Source of the DNA: a virus
Reading direction: 5' to 3' (one strand)
Length of the DNA: 64,000 bases
Virus record (IMG/VR): IMGVR_UViG_3300021373_000005
Shown: positions 46,214 to 54,573 of the stretch, piece by piece
Position numbering within the stretch: the first letter of the stretch is position 1
Layout: every line of letters begins with the position of its first letter
Notes under the pieces: model-generated
What the model saw: only the letters and a program-made list of their open reading frames with translations
Told to the model about the DNA's origin: nothing
The model's database searches: none
Translations under genes and position numbers: made by a program

Positions 46214-48253
46214 ATGAAAATATTAACCAAGTGGTGGACAGTCCTTTTGACCATCACAGGATTTGCCTGCCTACATATAGCAAATCCAGATTTTATACAG
46301 AGCATAGAGTATTCTTATTATGACTCCTTACAGCAAGCGAAAGAAGTTGAAGCAATTGAAGACATTGTCCTCGTCAACATCGATGAAACAGCAATCGCTG
46401 CCGAAGGTCAGTATCCGTGGCCTCGTGGTTCTGTTGCTGATTATATACGGAACGGTCCTGACGATAGCTTATATGTCCTTAATGTAATATACTCTGAAGA
46501 AGACAGATTCAAAGAAGATCATCTACTCGCGGAAGCAATGGCTGAAAAGGCGGTTGTTCTTGCGTCCGCTCCTTCACAACAAAAATCAGGTGGAGTCGGT
46601 ACCTTTGTAGGTGTTGCCACCTTTGGAGAACAAAATGAAAATTGGTTATACGAATTTCCTGGACTATTGTACCCTGTGGAATCTCTTTCTTCTTGGGCTT
46701 TTGGTGTTGGCGCCACTGTTGCTGTTCCTGACGCACCAACCGGAGTCGTGCGTAGAGCACCACTCGTGGTCAAAGCAGCCGGGAATGCCTACCCATCTCT
46801 CGCACTCGATACATTACGAGTGTACACCGGTGAACCAAGTTACCAAATGAAAGTAGGCTCCAATGGAGTCGAATGGATTCGTATGGGTCGTCAAGATCCT
46901 ATCACAACAAATAGTTTCGCTGAATTACCTATTGCTTTTTGGAATCAATTTGAAACACAATCTATAACAGAACCACTACCAAGTGGAAAGGTATTAATAT
47001 TTGGTGTAACTGCAGAAGGTGTTTCTAATCCAGTTTCAACCCCAACGGGTGCAATGTATCCCCACGAAGTTCAAGCTCACCTAATTCAGACCGTCCTTTC
47101 AGGAGTTGAAATACAGATTCCCGACTGGAAGCCAATAGCCGAGCTCGGTCTTCTGGTCTTACTGAGTCTAGGTATCCTTGGAGCGGTCTATATCTTGCCC
47201 ACAACTCTTGCGGTGATAATGAGTTTAATTCTGATTGGCGCCTCTTATGCATTAAGCCGTTATCTGTGGAATGATTTAATCTTTTTAGATGCGACCTTAA
47301 GTTCATTTGCTTCCTTAGTAGTTTTTGCTCAATCAAGTTTCAACAAATACTATTTAACATTTTTAGAAAAGCGCGCAATAATGAAACAATTTGCTGGTTA
47401 TTGTTCGCCTGAAGTGGTTACTATTTTACAACAAAATCCTTCACTTGTCAAGGATGGAATGAAAAAAGATGTAAGTATTGTCTTTTCGGATCTTCGAGGA
47501 TTTACTCCTTTGGGTGAAAGCTTTGGAGATGACGTTAAAGGACTGACTACATTGATGAATGGTTATATGGATGCTATTACACAACCTGTTCTAGATGCAA
47601 ATGGAATGATTATCAAATACATTGGTGACGCAAGTATGCATATACATAATGCTCCGATGGAAGATGATGACCACGCAAAGACGGCAGTAATGACAGGTAT
47701 TAATATGTTACGAGCAGTGGATAAATTTAATGATAAGATTACAAAAGAGGGAAGACCTCCGATTGGTATGGGGGCTGGTATTAATAGTGGTTTGGGTTAT
47801 GTTGGTGAGATGGGTTCTACAAGTCGACATAGTTATGACATCCTTGGAGATGCTGTTTCAACGGCTGCACGAATTGAGTCTAAATGTAAAGAATACGGAT
47901 GTTTACTTTTATTAGGAGAAGAAACAGTTAGGAGATGTAATCCTGAAGAATTCCTTTTCTTAAAAGTAGATGATCTTGCGGTCAAAGGTAAATCAGTTGG
48001 TGTTGGAATATATACAGTTCTAGATTTACAAAAAGATAAATACAATAAACCAGCAGAGATGCACAAAGCAATGCATTCAAATTATCAAAAGCAAAACTTT
48101 GATAAGGCGATAAAAATATGTAATGACCTCATGGATTGCTTTGAAGGACAAATGCAAGGTTATTATAAAATGTGGATTGAGCGTTGTGAGTATATGAAAA
48201 CGCAAGATCTTCCGAAGGACTGGAATGGAGTTTTCATCGCGACCACTAAGTAG
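46214..48253 (+). CDS. CHASE2-domain class III adenylate/guanylate cyclase
   Basis: N-terminal TM; CHASE2 motifs (IVLVNIDE, GQYPWPRG, DGxxR-like TGVVRR, SLAL, FGVTAEG, G.MYPHEVQA); three TMs; catalytic FSDLRGFT (D426), KYIGD (K468, D472), YDILGDAVSTAARIES (D542, R553). Confidence 0.92.
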   Translation: MKILTKWWTVLLTITGFACLHIANPDFIQSIEYSYYDSLQQAKEVEAIEDIVLVNIDETAIAAEGQYPWPRGSVADYIRNGPDDSLYVLNVIYSEEDRFKEDHLLAEAMAEKAVVLASAPSQQKSGGVGTFVGVATFGEQNENWLYEFPGLLYPVESLSSWAFGVGATVAVPDAPTGVVRRAPLVVKAAGNAYPSLALDTLRVYTGEPSYQMKVGSNGVEWIRMGRQDPITTNSFAELPIAFWNQFETQSITEPLPSGKVLIFGVTAEGVSNPVSTPTGAMYPHEVQAHLIQTVLSGVEIQIPDWKPIAELGLLVLLSLGILGAVYILPTTLAVIMSLILIGASYALSRYLWNDLIFLDATLSSFASLVVFAQSSFNKYYLTFLEKRAIMKQFAGYCSPEVVTILQQNPSLVKDGMKKDVSIVFSDLRGFTPLGESFGDDVKGLTTLMNGYMDAITQPVLDANGMIIKYIGDASMHIHNAPMEDDDHAKTAVMTGINMLRAVDKFNDKITKEGRPPIGMGAGINSGLGYVGEMGSTSRHSYDILGDAVSTAARIESKCKEYGCLLLLGEETVRRCNPEEFLFLKVDDLAVKGKSVGVGIYTVLDLQKDKYNKPAEMHKAMHSNYQKQNFDKAIKICNDLMDCFEGQMQGYYKMWIERCEYMKTQDLPKDWNGVFIATTK

Positions 48254-48854
48254 TTTATTACTAGGATTTCTTTTATTAGCAGTCCCGGTCTCAGCCTTTG
48301 TTCCAAAGGACCCATTTATTTCTGAAATCTCAGAAGCACGAAAAGAACTTATCAAAATGGGGCATGCAGCTCCTTACAATCAATTAACAGTTAAGAGAGT
48401 CGTAGTTGGTAAAGCAAGAGTAATGCCAAATGGTGCTATTGTTAATCTACCACACGGTCCTGATATGGTTCCCTCTTTTTACGCCTTACAACACGACCCA
48501 AAATGGCAAGTAAAAGAAGAACATAAATACTCAATAGACCACTGGACCGAAAATGAAAAACAAATCATAGATATACTTTTTTGGTCTGCTCAAGTACTTG
48601 ATGTCTATTCAACTTATCGTGGATTAAAATATGATTGTATAACCGAAGCAAATCCATTACTACCAGAAGTACCTGAGATACATGAAATGGTAGGAATAAA
48701 ACTTTTTGTTATTGGTGGACTTGGCGCTTTGTCATCTGGTGATGAAAATTTTTGGTATGGATGGAAACTTGGCGCAGGTTTAACAACAACTGCAGTTACA
48801 TTAAATAACTTTAGGCTTTTAAGAAAAGCTGAAGGTCGTTGTAATAGACGTTAA
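48225..48854 (+). CDS. Secreted/membrane hypothetical protein ending the island
   Basis: Signal peptide ending VSA; C-terminal D..ST.RGL...EANPLL and hydrophobic helices. Confidence 0.6.
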   Translation: MEFSSRPLSSLLLGFLLLAVPVSAFVPKDPFISEISEARKELIKMGHAAPYNQLTVKRVVVGKARVMPNGAIVNLPHGPDMVPSFYALQHDPKWQVKEEHKYSIDHWTENEKQIIDILFWSAQVLDVYSTYRGLKYDCITEANPLLPEVPEIHEMVGIKLFVIGGLGALSSGDENFWYGWKLGAGLTTTAVTLNNFRLLRKAEGRCNRR

Positions 48855-48855
48855 G

Positions 48856-48881
48856 AAAAGGACCCATTACTGAGTCCTTTT
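48856..48881. terminator. Probable bidirectional terminator between convergent units
   Basis: AAAAGGAC-CCATTACTGA-GTCCTTTT with A and T runs on both sides. Confidence 0.7.
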
Positions 48882-48893
48882 AGTTTTGTTGTC

Positions 48894-49007
48894 TTAACCG
48901 AGTTGAGAGATGCTGTAAACCATTACGCCCATAAAGGTCGCAACTAATAAACACTCGACACAAATCTCACCATCTAAATTAAGACTAAGTTTTCTTAGCC
49001 TATTCAT
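48894..49007 (-). CDS. 37-aa membrane micro-protein (not in ORF track)
   Basis: MNRLRKLSLNLDGEICVECLLVATFMGVMVYSISQLG; AAGGA RBS. Confidence 0.55.
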   Translation of the reverse strand: MNRLRKLSLNLDGEICVECLLVATFMGVMVYSISQLG

Positions 49008-49020
49008 AGTAGTTCCTTTT

Positions 49021-49146
49021 TCAGTTTGAGTTTTGCTTTTGTCGAGCTTCGAGCCAGAGCGCCTGTCGTATCTCGTACATAGGATTATGTTTGAGATGTA
49101 AGTATGACATGAATAAGGTAAATGGAATTAAAATTAATAACTCCAT
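49021..49146 (-). CDS. 41-aa micro-protein (not in ORF track)
   Basis: MELLILIPFTLFMSYLHLKHNPMYEIRQALWLEARQKQNSN; TAATG overlap with the upstream ORF. Confidence 0.5.
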   Translation of the reverse strand: MELLILIPFTLFMSYLHLKHNPMYEIRQALWLEARQKQNSN

Positions 49147-49238
49147 TACCTACCTGTATGCCACGGTTGAACCCAATACTTAAAGAACGTTCTTGTCCAC
49201 CCACGAGTGAAAAATTTACGTATTCCTTTAAATAACAT
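49146..49238 (-). CDS. 30-aa basic/aromatic micro-protein (not in ORF track)
   Basis: MLFKGIRKFFTRGWTRTFFKYWVQPWHTGR; AGGAG RBS. Confidence 0.5.
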   Translation of the reverse strand: MLFKGIRKFFTRGWTRTFFKYWVQPWHTGR

Positions 49239-49320
49239 TTGGGCTGACTCCTAATATTGAAACACAAAAAATACTAACGAGAACAAAAAGCTCAAATCGT
49301 TCTTGCATTTTTTCTTTCAT
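49228..49320 (-). CDS. 30-aa hydrophobic micro-protein (not in ORF track)
   Basis: MKEKMQERFELFVLVSIFCVSILGVSPNVI; TAATG overlap with the EF-hand gene. Confidence 0.5.
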   Translation of the reverse strand: MKEKMQERFELFVLVSIFCVSILGVSPNVI

Positions 49321-49574
49321 TATTTTCCTTTAGGACAGTTACTTCTTATAATATACTCAGAAGCTTTTTTAGCTTCTTTTTTGTCTAAGAAGGAGTCTCT
49401 GTTTTTATCAGCGTGTTTAAAAAGAGATTCTTTTACTACACAACCTGACGCTTTTAGCTCAGGTACACTGATTAGATTGTCACCATTTAAATCAAATCGT
49501 TCCATTCTCCAGTCAGCGTATGCTGGGATTGCGATTAAGCATGCAATCAATGCTGTCATAATTTTGTTCATCAT
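49320..49574 (-). CDS. Secreted two-EF-hand calcium-binding protein
   Basis: Signal peptide ending AYA; loops DLNGDNLISVPE and DKNRDSFLDKKE; a Cys pair. Confidence 0.75.
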   Translation of the reverse strand: MMNKIMTALIACLIAIPAYADWRMERFDLNGDNLISVPELKASGCVVKESLFKHADKNRDSFLDKKEAKKASEYIIRSNCPKGK

Positions 49575-49689
49575 TGTTCCTAAATATATATAAGCAATCT
49601 GTTATTCCAATCGCTTACAATTGTATATATAACCGGAATTGATAATGTATTATAAAAATATGAAATAATTGTAATATTTTACAGAAATG

Positions 49690-49866
49690 TTACATCTTGT
49701 AAAAAATTCCTTCTTCCTCAGAGATACACTCATCATAAAACTTTTTAAGAGGTTCATATTGATTACGAATCTGAACTGGCATTACACCACCAGAATCTAT
49801 AACCCACTGAATCTCTCTTGCTAATTTTCTTGCGAGTTGTATTTCTTTTATGATTCTTTCGTCCAT
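49690..49866 (-). CDS. 58-aa hypothetical protein (not in ORF track)
   Basis: MDERIIKEIQLARKLAREIQWVIDSGGVMPVQIRNQYEPLKKFYDECISEEEGIFYKM; starts 2 nt after the upstream stop. Confidence 0.6.
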   Translation of the reverse strand: MDERIIKEIQLARKLAREIQWVIDSGGVMPVQIRNQYEPLKKFYDECISEEEGIFYKM

Positions 49867-49868
49867 AA

Positions 49869-50252
49869 TTATTGCTTAAACGCTGATATTGCTTTAATCT
49901 TAAGGTCGTTAGTCAGCGTTATTAAATCTACGACTTTAAGTGTTTCGTGGTTCTCCGCGAAATCATTTGTTGGGTCAAGACCTTCAGTGATTACTTCAAT
50001 CGTTAACAATGCACAAACATTATTTCCGTCAATAATAATCTCTTCAGGAATAGCAGTGATCCTCAATACAGAATTAAAGATTTGTTCGTTTGCTCTACAT
50101 ACAGGCAATAAACCTTCAGCAGATATATCCCAATCTGTCAAAGTAACATCTTTATCAAACATTTTCTCTAAGGTATCAATATCCTTATTACTAAATGCGT
50201 CAAAGTATTTACGAATTACATCTTCTCTTGTTGCTTGTTCAATAACACTCAT
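49869..50252 (-). CDS. SnoaL/NTF2-like protein
   Basis: VIRKYFDAFSNKDIDTLEKMF..DV.L.DW ... VVDLITL..DLKI..I.AF; ATGA overlap at 50252. Confidence 0.7.
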   Translation of the reverse strand: MSVIEQATREDVIRKYFDAFSNKDIDTLEKMFDKDVTLTDWDISAEGLLPVCRANEQIFNSVLRITAIPEEIIIDGNNVCALLTIEVITEGLDPTNDFAENHETLKVVDLITLTNDLKIKAISAFKQ

Positions 50253-50563
50253 TTTAAGTCTCTCCAATCTTTCAACCATTTAGAACCATCACGTTCAGCA
50301 TCTAAAAATACTGCATTCGTAAATGCAATAGGTAATAGAACACCAATATGAACAACGATACTTGTTATAGTAGAATAACCTAACCATCCCATATAGTAAG
50401 ATGCAACAAATCCAAAGTACACCGACCACATAGTAAACAATACCAACATAAAGTAGGTTTGTAAACTTGGATCTGGAATAAACCTCAAAGGATTATACTT
50501 GGCATTCATTACAAGCCTCCAACTATCCACAACAAATAAAATTACTTTCTTCAACATATTCAT
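50249..50563 (-). CDS. Membrane hypothetical protein
   Basis: Two TM segments after YNPLRFIPDPSLQ. Confidence 0.65.
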   Translation of the reverse strand: MNMLKKVILFVVDSWRLVMNAKYNPLRFIPDPSLQTYFMLVLFTMWSVYFGFVASYYMGWLGYSTITSIVVHIGVLLPIAFTNAVFLDAERDGSKWLKDWRDLK

Positions 50564-50880
50564 GCTACACTCCTTACATGTTTACAATCACCACGGAACT
50601 GAAATCCTTTACAGTTACATTTTCCGTCGATAATATAATAAGTATTCCCATTACTTCCTGGAACAGGAATACCTCCGAGATTATTCTTTTCTTGATAATC
50701 TCCAACCTTTACAAACTTACGTCTTGACTTTGAAAACTGCTTAAGTGGATTTTTAAATACTTTAAGTTTACCACCTGCAGCTTGATGAGCAATTAAATGC
50801 CCAGCTTGATTTACATGATAGAAACCATTATTGATTTTCATATCATTCCAATCAGTGACTTCTTTCAAAATCTCAATCAT
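50560..50880 (-). CDS. SWIM zinc-finger protein
   Basis: C-terminal CNCKGFQFRGDCKH (CxC-x7-CxH). Confidence 0.7.
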   Translation of the reverse strand: MIEILKEVTDWNDMKINNGFYHVNQAGHLIAHQAAGGKLKVFKNPLKQFSKSRRKFVKVGDYQEKNNLGGIPVPGSNGNTYYIIDGKCNCKGFQFRGDCKHVRSVA

Positions 50881-51088
50881 TCATAAACTCCTCAATAAGA
50901 TCTCCGCCTGCTGTATTGAACCACACTGCACCTTTATGAATATAATCTATTGCATAATAGAGTGGTGTCCAAATAAGAGCCAAAGGAACGACTAATAACA
51001 ATTTACTAACTCGTTTCCAATTCACTGACTTAATACTACTTACAACAGCGTCAGCTGCGGTAGTATAATAATCAATAAGAGGTTTCAT
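50873..51088 (-). CDS. Small membrane hypothetical protein
   Basis: Hydrophobic LLLVVPLALIW segment; coupled chain. Confidence 0.55.
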   Translation of the reverse strand: MKPLIDYYTTAADAVVSSIKSVNWKRVSKLLLVVPLALIWTPLYYAIDYIHKGAVWFNTAGGDLIEEFMND

Positions 51089-51291
51089 GTATTATCTCCG
51101 TCAAAATATTTTACTTTACTCTTATCAAACACTTTATGATAAGTTTTATTTAAAAGACCACCTTTTTCCCAAAGTAAAGGGATATGTTTCTTTGCGTCCT
51201 TCTCAACAGACATGTGACATCCGATATAAGTAAGAACTAGTGCAACTAAAAGTAATGCACCTGCGAATATTTGATTTAATATATCTTCCAT
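51085..51291 (-). CDS. Small membrane hypothetical protein
   Basis: N-terminal TM; ATG 51291 overlaps the upstream stop. Confidence 0.55.
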   Translation of the reverse strand: MEDILNQIFAGALLLVALVLTYIGCHMSVEKDAKKHIPLLWEKGGLLNKTYHKVFDKSKVKYFDGDNT

Positions 51292-51491
51292 TATTTTACC
51301 CAAACCTTATTATACTTAGTAGGCATATTCTCACAAGAGAACAATTCTTCAGTATAATTTATTACTTTAACACACTCGTTAGTCGAATGTGATACATGTA
51401 CATCAGGAATATCTGTATGTACTAAGATAGCAAACACAAAAACGCATGATATGATTGCCATTGAAATAGCAGTGTATAGAATATCTTTCAT
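51291..51491 (-). CDS. Small exported hypothetical protein
   Basis: N-terminal hydrophobic segment, Cys pair, GGAGG RBS. Confidence 0.6.
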   Translation of the reverse strand: MKDILYTAISMAIISCVFVFAILVHTDIPDVHVSHSTNECVKVINYTEELFSCENMPTKYNKVWVK

Positions 51492-51994
51492 TACGCTGCC
51501 TCCAAAAATGATTGAAGTTGTTCAGAGGAAAGCAGAGCACCATCCTCCATCTTAAACTGACAGAAGTAATCTTCTCTCTCACATCTAGGCAAGGCAGTCC
51601 AGGTCTCAACCTTTTCGGCAATTTCAGACCTCATGTAGCCATACTCCGGGTCGTTCTTATAGACCCTCTTTGCGAAAGCAAGATCACCACTAGGCCTCAT
51701 ATTGAGGTAAGTAGGAGTCTCCCAAGGCTGAATGTGATCCTCGAGTTTGAAGTCAGCTTCATCAACGACTTCCATATCAAGAATGTATTCCATAGAAGCA
51801 TCGTTGCTATAAGTGACCATCGCCTCAAGCTTATCCCAGAAAGTTGAAAGCTGAGCCTGGTCAGCGGTAACATCATTAACGATGTAGGTGTCACCACCCT
51901 TGAACTTCCAATAGGCATCAGCGCCTGTGCCGAGGGTACCATCCTCGTTCCAAGCGTAGTTTTCTTTGTATTGAGTTTGAATAACGATTTTCAT
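51491..51994 (-). CDS. Hypothetical protein
   Basis: First gene after the promoter at 52026; likely start MKIVIQTQY after AAGGTGG. Confidence 0.65.
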   Translation of the reverse strand: MKIVIQTQYKENYAWNEDGTLGTGADAYWKFKGGDTYIVNDVTADQAQLSTFWDKLEAMVTYSNDASMEYILDMEVVDEADFKLEDHIQPWETPTYLNMRPSGDLAFAKRVYKNDPEYGYMRSEIAEKVETWTALPRCEREDYFCQFKMEDGALLSSEQLQSFLEAA

Positions 51995-52025
51995 ATTTTC
52001 CACCTTTTCCATAATTTATACAACT

Positions 52026-52054
52026 ATTATAATACATTCATAATGAAATGTCAA
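52026..52054 (-). promoter_or_regulatory. Sigma70-type early promoter
   Basis: TTGACA-N17-TATAAT. Confidence 0.85.
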
Positions 52055-52073
52055 TAGTTTTTATGAAAATAAA

Positions 52074-52187
52074 CTAACTTTCTTCATCCTGTTCTTTATC
52101 TCTAATCTTTTCAACGATTTGAATAAGATCTTGGATTTCTTCCGCATCCCTTTGCGTATCAAGTTCAATTTCTATCTTAATTTTCAT
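52074..52187 (-). CDS. 37-aa hypothetical protein (not in ORF track)
   Basis: MKIKIEIELDTQRDAEEIQDLIQIVEKIRDKEQDEES; overlaps the upstream stop. Confidence 0.6.
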   Translation of the reverse strand: MKIKIEIELDTQRDAEEIQDLIQIVEKIRDKEQDEES

Positions 52188-52539
52188 AGCTTCTTCCTTG
52201 CTTCCACATAGCGTCAGTTAGGTACCTATGAATATAGACATCAACTGCACCAGCATTTTCCATTCCACCAATTACATCACCGAAAGAAGTATAACCTACT
52301 TTTCTTCCAGTCCTTGCATTAGTAATTTTATTAATTGGCTTTCTTGCTTTCAGAGTAGTTCTGAATCTGATATCTCTACCTCTTTGGTCCTTTGCTTTGT
52401 AATACTTTAGTTCAGCATTCATGCTTTTCACAACATCTTTAATTGCATCAACCTCAAGCATATCACCAGCACATTGCGTACTGAATGTTCCTACATAAGC
52501 AGGAGTTCTTGGTTTTCCGTTAGCATCAAATTTTATCAT
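52177..52539 (-). CDS. Hypothetical basic protein
   Basis: AAGGA RBS; downstream of the promoter at 52568. Confidence 0.65.
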   Translation of the reverse strand: MIKFDANGKPRTPAYVGTFSTQCAGDMLEVDAIKDVVKSMNAELKYYKAKDQRGRDIRFRTTLKARKPINKITNARTGRKVGYTSFGDVIGGMENAGAVDVYIHRYLTDAMWKQGRSYEN

Positions 52540-52567
52540 AATATATCCTTATTTAATTTATACAACT

Positions 52568-52596
52568 ATTATACCATAGTTTCATTATGATGTCAA
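52568..52596 (-). promoter_or_regulatory. Sigma70-type early promoter
   Basis: TTGACA-N17-TATAAT. Confidence 0.85.
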
Positions 52597-52635
52597 TAGT
52601 TGTATAAGATTAAATTCCATGAAAATGGAAGCCGC

Positions 52636-53592
52636 TTACGCAGCCTCCGCCATTTCAACTGCGATGTTGAGAGCATCAAGCTTTCTTTTCGCGTTATGTC
52701 CAAACCAAGCAGCCTCAGCTCTTGTATCAGCAGACCTTCCCATTTCATGGTCAGTCATATATGTTACTGCGTTATAAGCATTCCACCATGTTCCTGGTGC
52801 AAACTCAGCTCCTGGTTGAGTATCAACAATTTCCAAAGCTCTTTCAGCAGTTCTTGATAGAACCTTGTCCTTCTGATTTGAAGTACCAAATACTTGAGCA
52901 AGGAATGTCTTGAATGCAGAATCATTATACCTTTTAGAACCAAGGAACTCTGCAGCTTCTTTGAACTGTTCTACTCTGTTATGAGAAATACCAAGTAACT
53001 GCTTAACAGTATCAGCATTGAACTCAGACCTGTGAGACATTCTTACAGCAGGTTGACCTTTTTCAGTCAAAGCCATAGACAATGTGTTATTACACACAAC
53101 TCTTGTCATAATAAACTTAACGTCAATAGATTTTCCATATACATGAGGATTAGAGAATAAAAGATAACCTTTTACTTCATCACCATTAAATAAGGAAAAA
53201 CCATCTTTGACATCAGCGGCTGCGAATACCATTTGACCATCTTTCAATGACCCTGCAGTATCCATGACCATGTCACCGTTAGCAACGAATTCATTAAAGA
53301 ACTCAAATGCTTCCAAGTTTTGACAAGGTTTCCAGTTACCTGAAACATTCGTCAAGATTTTTCCATCAGTATCACGAACTAACGCTTCCTGACCTGTCTC
53401 AATCTTTTCACCGTTAAGTTCAATGAAAGATTTTTGCTTTGAAACTGTCCAATCAAGATTAGCAGCTTTCATCATTTCTATCGGAGTCATATCATCCGAT
53501 ACCGGAACACCTAGACCGTGCCAAGGGATTCCTTTACTTTCACGATAAGCCATTGCGGCTTGACCGTTTACCATTTCTAATTCATGTGCCAT
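52636..53592 (-). CDS. DUF932 (DUF945) phage/plasmid-like protein
   Basis: MAHE...PWHGLG, AANLDWTV, Y..QN.EAFEFF, TAGSL..G, YLLFSNPH, RVVCNNTL.MAL, GT.W.AYNAVT...DH. Confidence 0.8.
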   Translation of the reverse strand: MAHELEMVNGQAAMAYRESKGIPWHGLGVPVSDDMTPIEMMKAANLDWTVSKQKSFIELNGEKIETGQEALVRDTDGKILTNVSGNWKPCQNLEAFEFFNEFVANGDMVMDTAGSLKDGQMVFAAADVKDGFSLFNGDEVKGYLLFSNPHVYGKSIDVKFIMTRVVCNNTLSMALTEKGQPAVRMSHRSEFNADTVKQLLGISHNRVEQFKEAAEFLGSKRYNDSAFKTFLAQVFGTSNQKDKVLSRTAERALEIVDTQPGAEFAPGTWWNAYNAVTYMTDHEMGRSADTRAEAAWFGHNAKRKLDALNIAVEMAEAA

Positions 53593-53614
53593 AGTTATAC
53601 TCCTTTTCCATTCA

Positions 53615-53773
53615 TTAGTTATTAAAATTCTCAGTCCAAGCTTTGAAGATCTCGTAAGATTCTCCTTTGCTTAAACCAAACTCATCCTGAAGCACCTTAG
53701 GAGCGCCGAACATATTAATAGTTCCTGACTCCCTCAGAGCATCCAAAAATTCAAAATATTCATTAAGCGACAT
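53615..53773 (-). CDS. 52-aa hypothetical protein (not in ORF track)
   Basis: MSLNEYFEFLDALRESGTINMFGAPKVLQDEFGLSKGESYEIFKAWTENFNN; AGGAG RBS. Confidence 0.7.
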   Translation of the reverse strand: MSLNEYFEFLDALRESGTINMFGAPKVLQDEFGLSKGESYEIFKAWTENFNN

Positions 53774-54146
53774 CAGAAAGAACTCCTGTAATTCCTAGTA
53801 ACTTGAAACCCCAATCACAAACAATGTAATGATCTCCTGTGTCCTTCTCTACGATGATATCACCGACTGAAGTACTGTGACCAGGTTGGATTGTGAACAC
53901 TGCATCAGGTTCGTCCCATAGGTTAGTGATTTTAAATACGTGATCCAAGCTTTGCGCTTGAACTTCAAAGCAGTCTTTGTAGAAGGGAAGACTGTTTATG
54001 TCGAAAGTATCTTCTTCACTGAAGTGCATAGTTTCGAGCTTTGCTTTCCAAGCTGGTGATTTCTCCTCAGCTCCACCCCAACCATAAAGGTTTGGGTATT
54101 CTTTTTCAGATTCTGGGATCTGAATTTGTTTAACGATATAATTCAT
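53763..54146 (-). CDS. Hypothetical protein
   Basis: Likely start MNYIV after AAGGTGG; contains HSTSVGDII. Confidence 0.65.
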   Translation of the reverse strand: MNYIVKQIQIPESEKEYPNLYGWGGAEEKSPAWKAKLETMHFSEEDTFDINSLPFYKDCFEVQAQSLDHVFKITNLWDEPDAVFTIQPGHSTSVGDIIVEKDTGDHYIVCDWGFKLLGITGVLSDVA

Positions 54147-54177
54147 ATTTTCCACCTTTTCCATAATTTATACAACT

Positions 54178-54206
54178 ATTATACTCTATCTCATAACGAA
54201 TGTCAA
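54178..54206 (-). promoter_or_regulatory. Sigma70-type early promoter
   Basis: TTGACA-N17-TATAAT. Confidence 0.85.
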
Positions 54207-54211
54207 TAGTT

Positions 54212-54541
54212 TTAAGCAACTTTTTTCACAAAATTTGCATTTTTGTTATACCTACCTCTACCAGAGTATCCAACAAGGTTAACTGCTTCTCTAGGAGATA
54301 GTTCGTTTGAAACTTTAAGGTATTCCTCAACAGTATAGTTATCAACTAGACAATTAATCCATGACTTGTAAGGAAAAGATCCATATTTGTTTCTTGCGAT
54401 AAAAGCAGGCTTTACTTTACCTACCCAAGAAGGGTGACAGTCAGGATGGACTTCATCCATTGTTTTAGAACCGACATAATCGCCTCTATACATTAAATAC
54501 ATACCATCCCAGGTAAATTGGTTCTTGTCAAATTTAGTCAT
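54212..54541 (-). CDS. Hypothetical protein
   Basis: Likely start MTKFDK after AAGGA. Confidence 0.65.
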   Translation of the reverse strand: MTKFDKNQFTWDGMYLMYRGDYVGSKTMDEVHPDCHPSWVGKVKPAFIARNKYGSFPYKSWINCLVDNYTVEEYLKVSNELSPREAVNLVGYSGRGRYNKNANFVKKVA

Positions 54542-54573
54542 AATTTCCTTTCCTTTTTTCATTTTATACAACT

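Noticed and set aside
41227-48854. Bacterial host DNA mis-joined into the contig
   Set aside because: The island is opened by a T4-type late promoter, has phage-like gene overlaps and similar AT richness, and csgF/csgG are known from marine myophages. Read-level confirmation of the junctions is still advisable.
51994-54164. Protein family with a shared MEKVENM N-terminus
   Set aside because: The peptide is a translation of the repeated promoter-leader/RBS DNA; the real starts are the downstream ATGs at 51994 and 54146.
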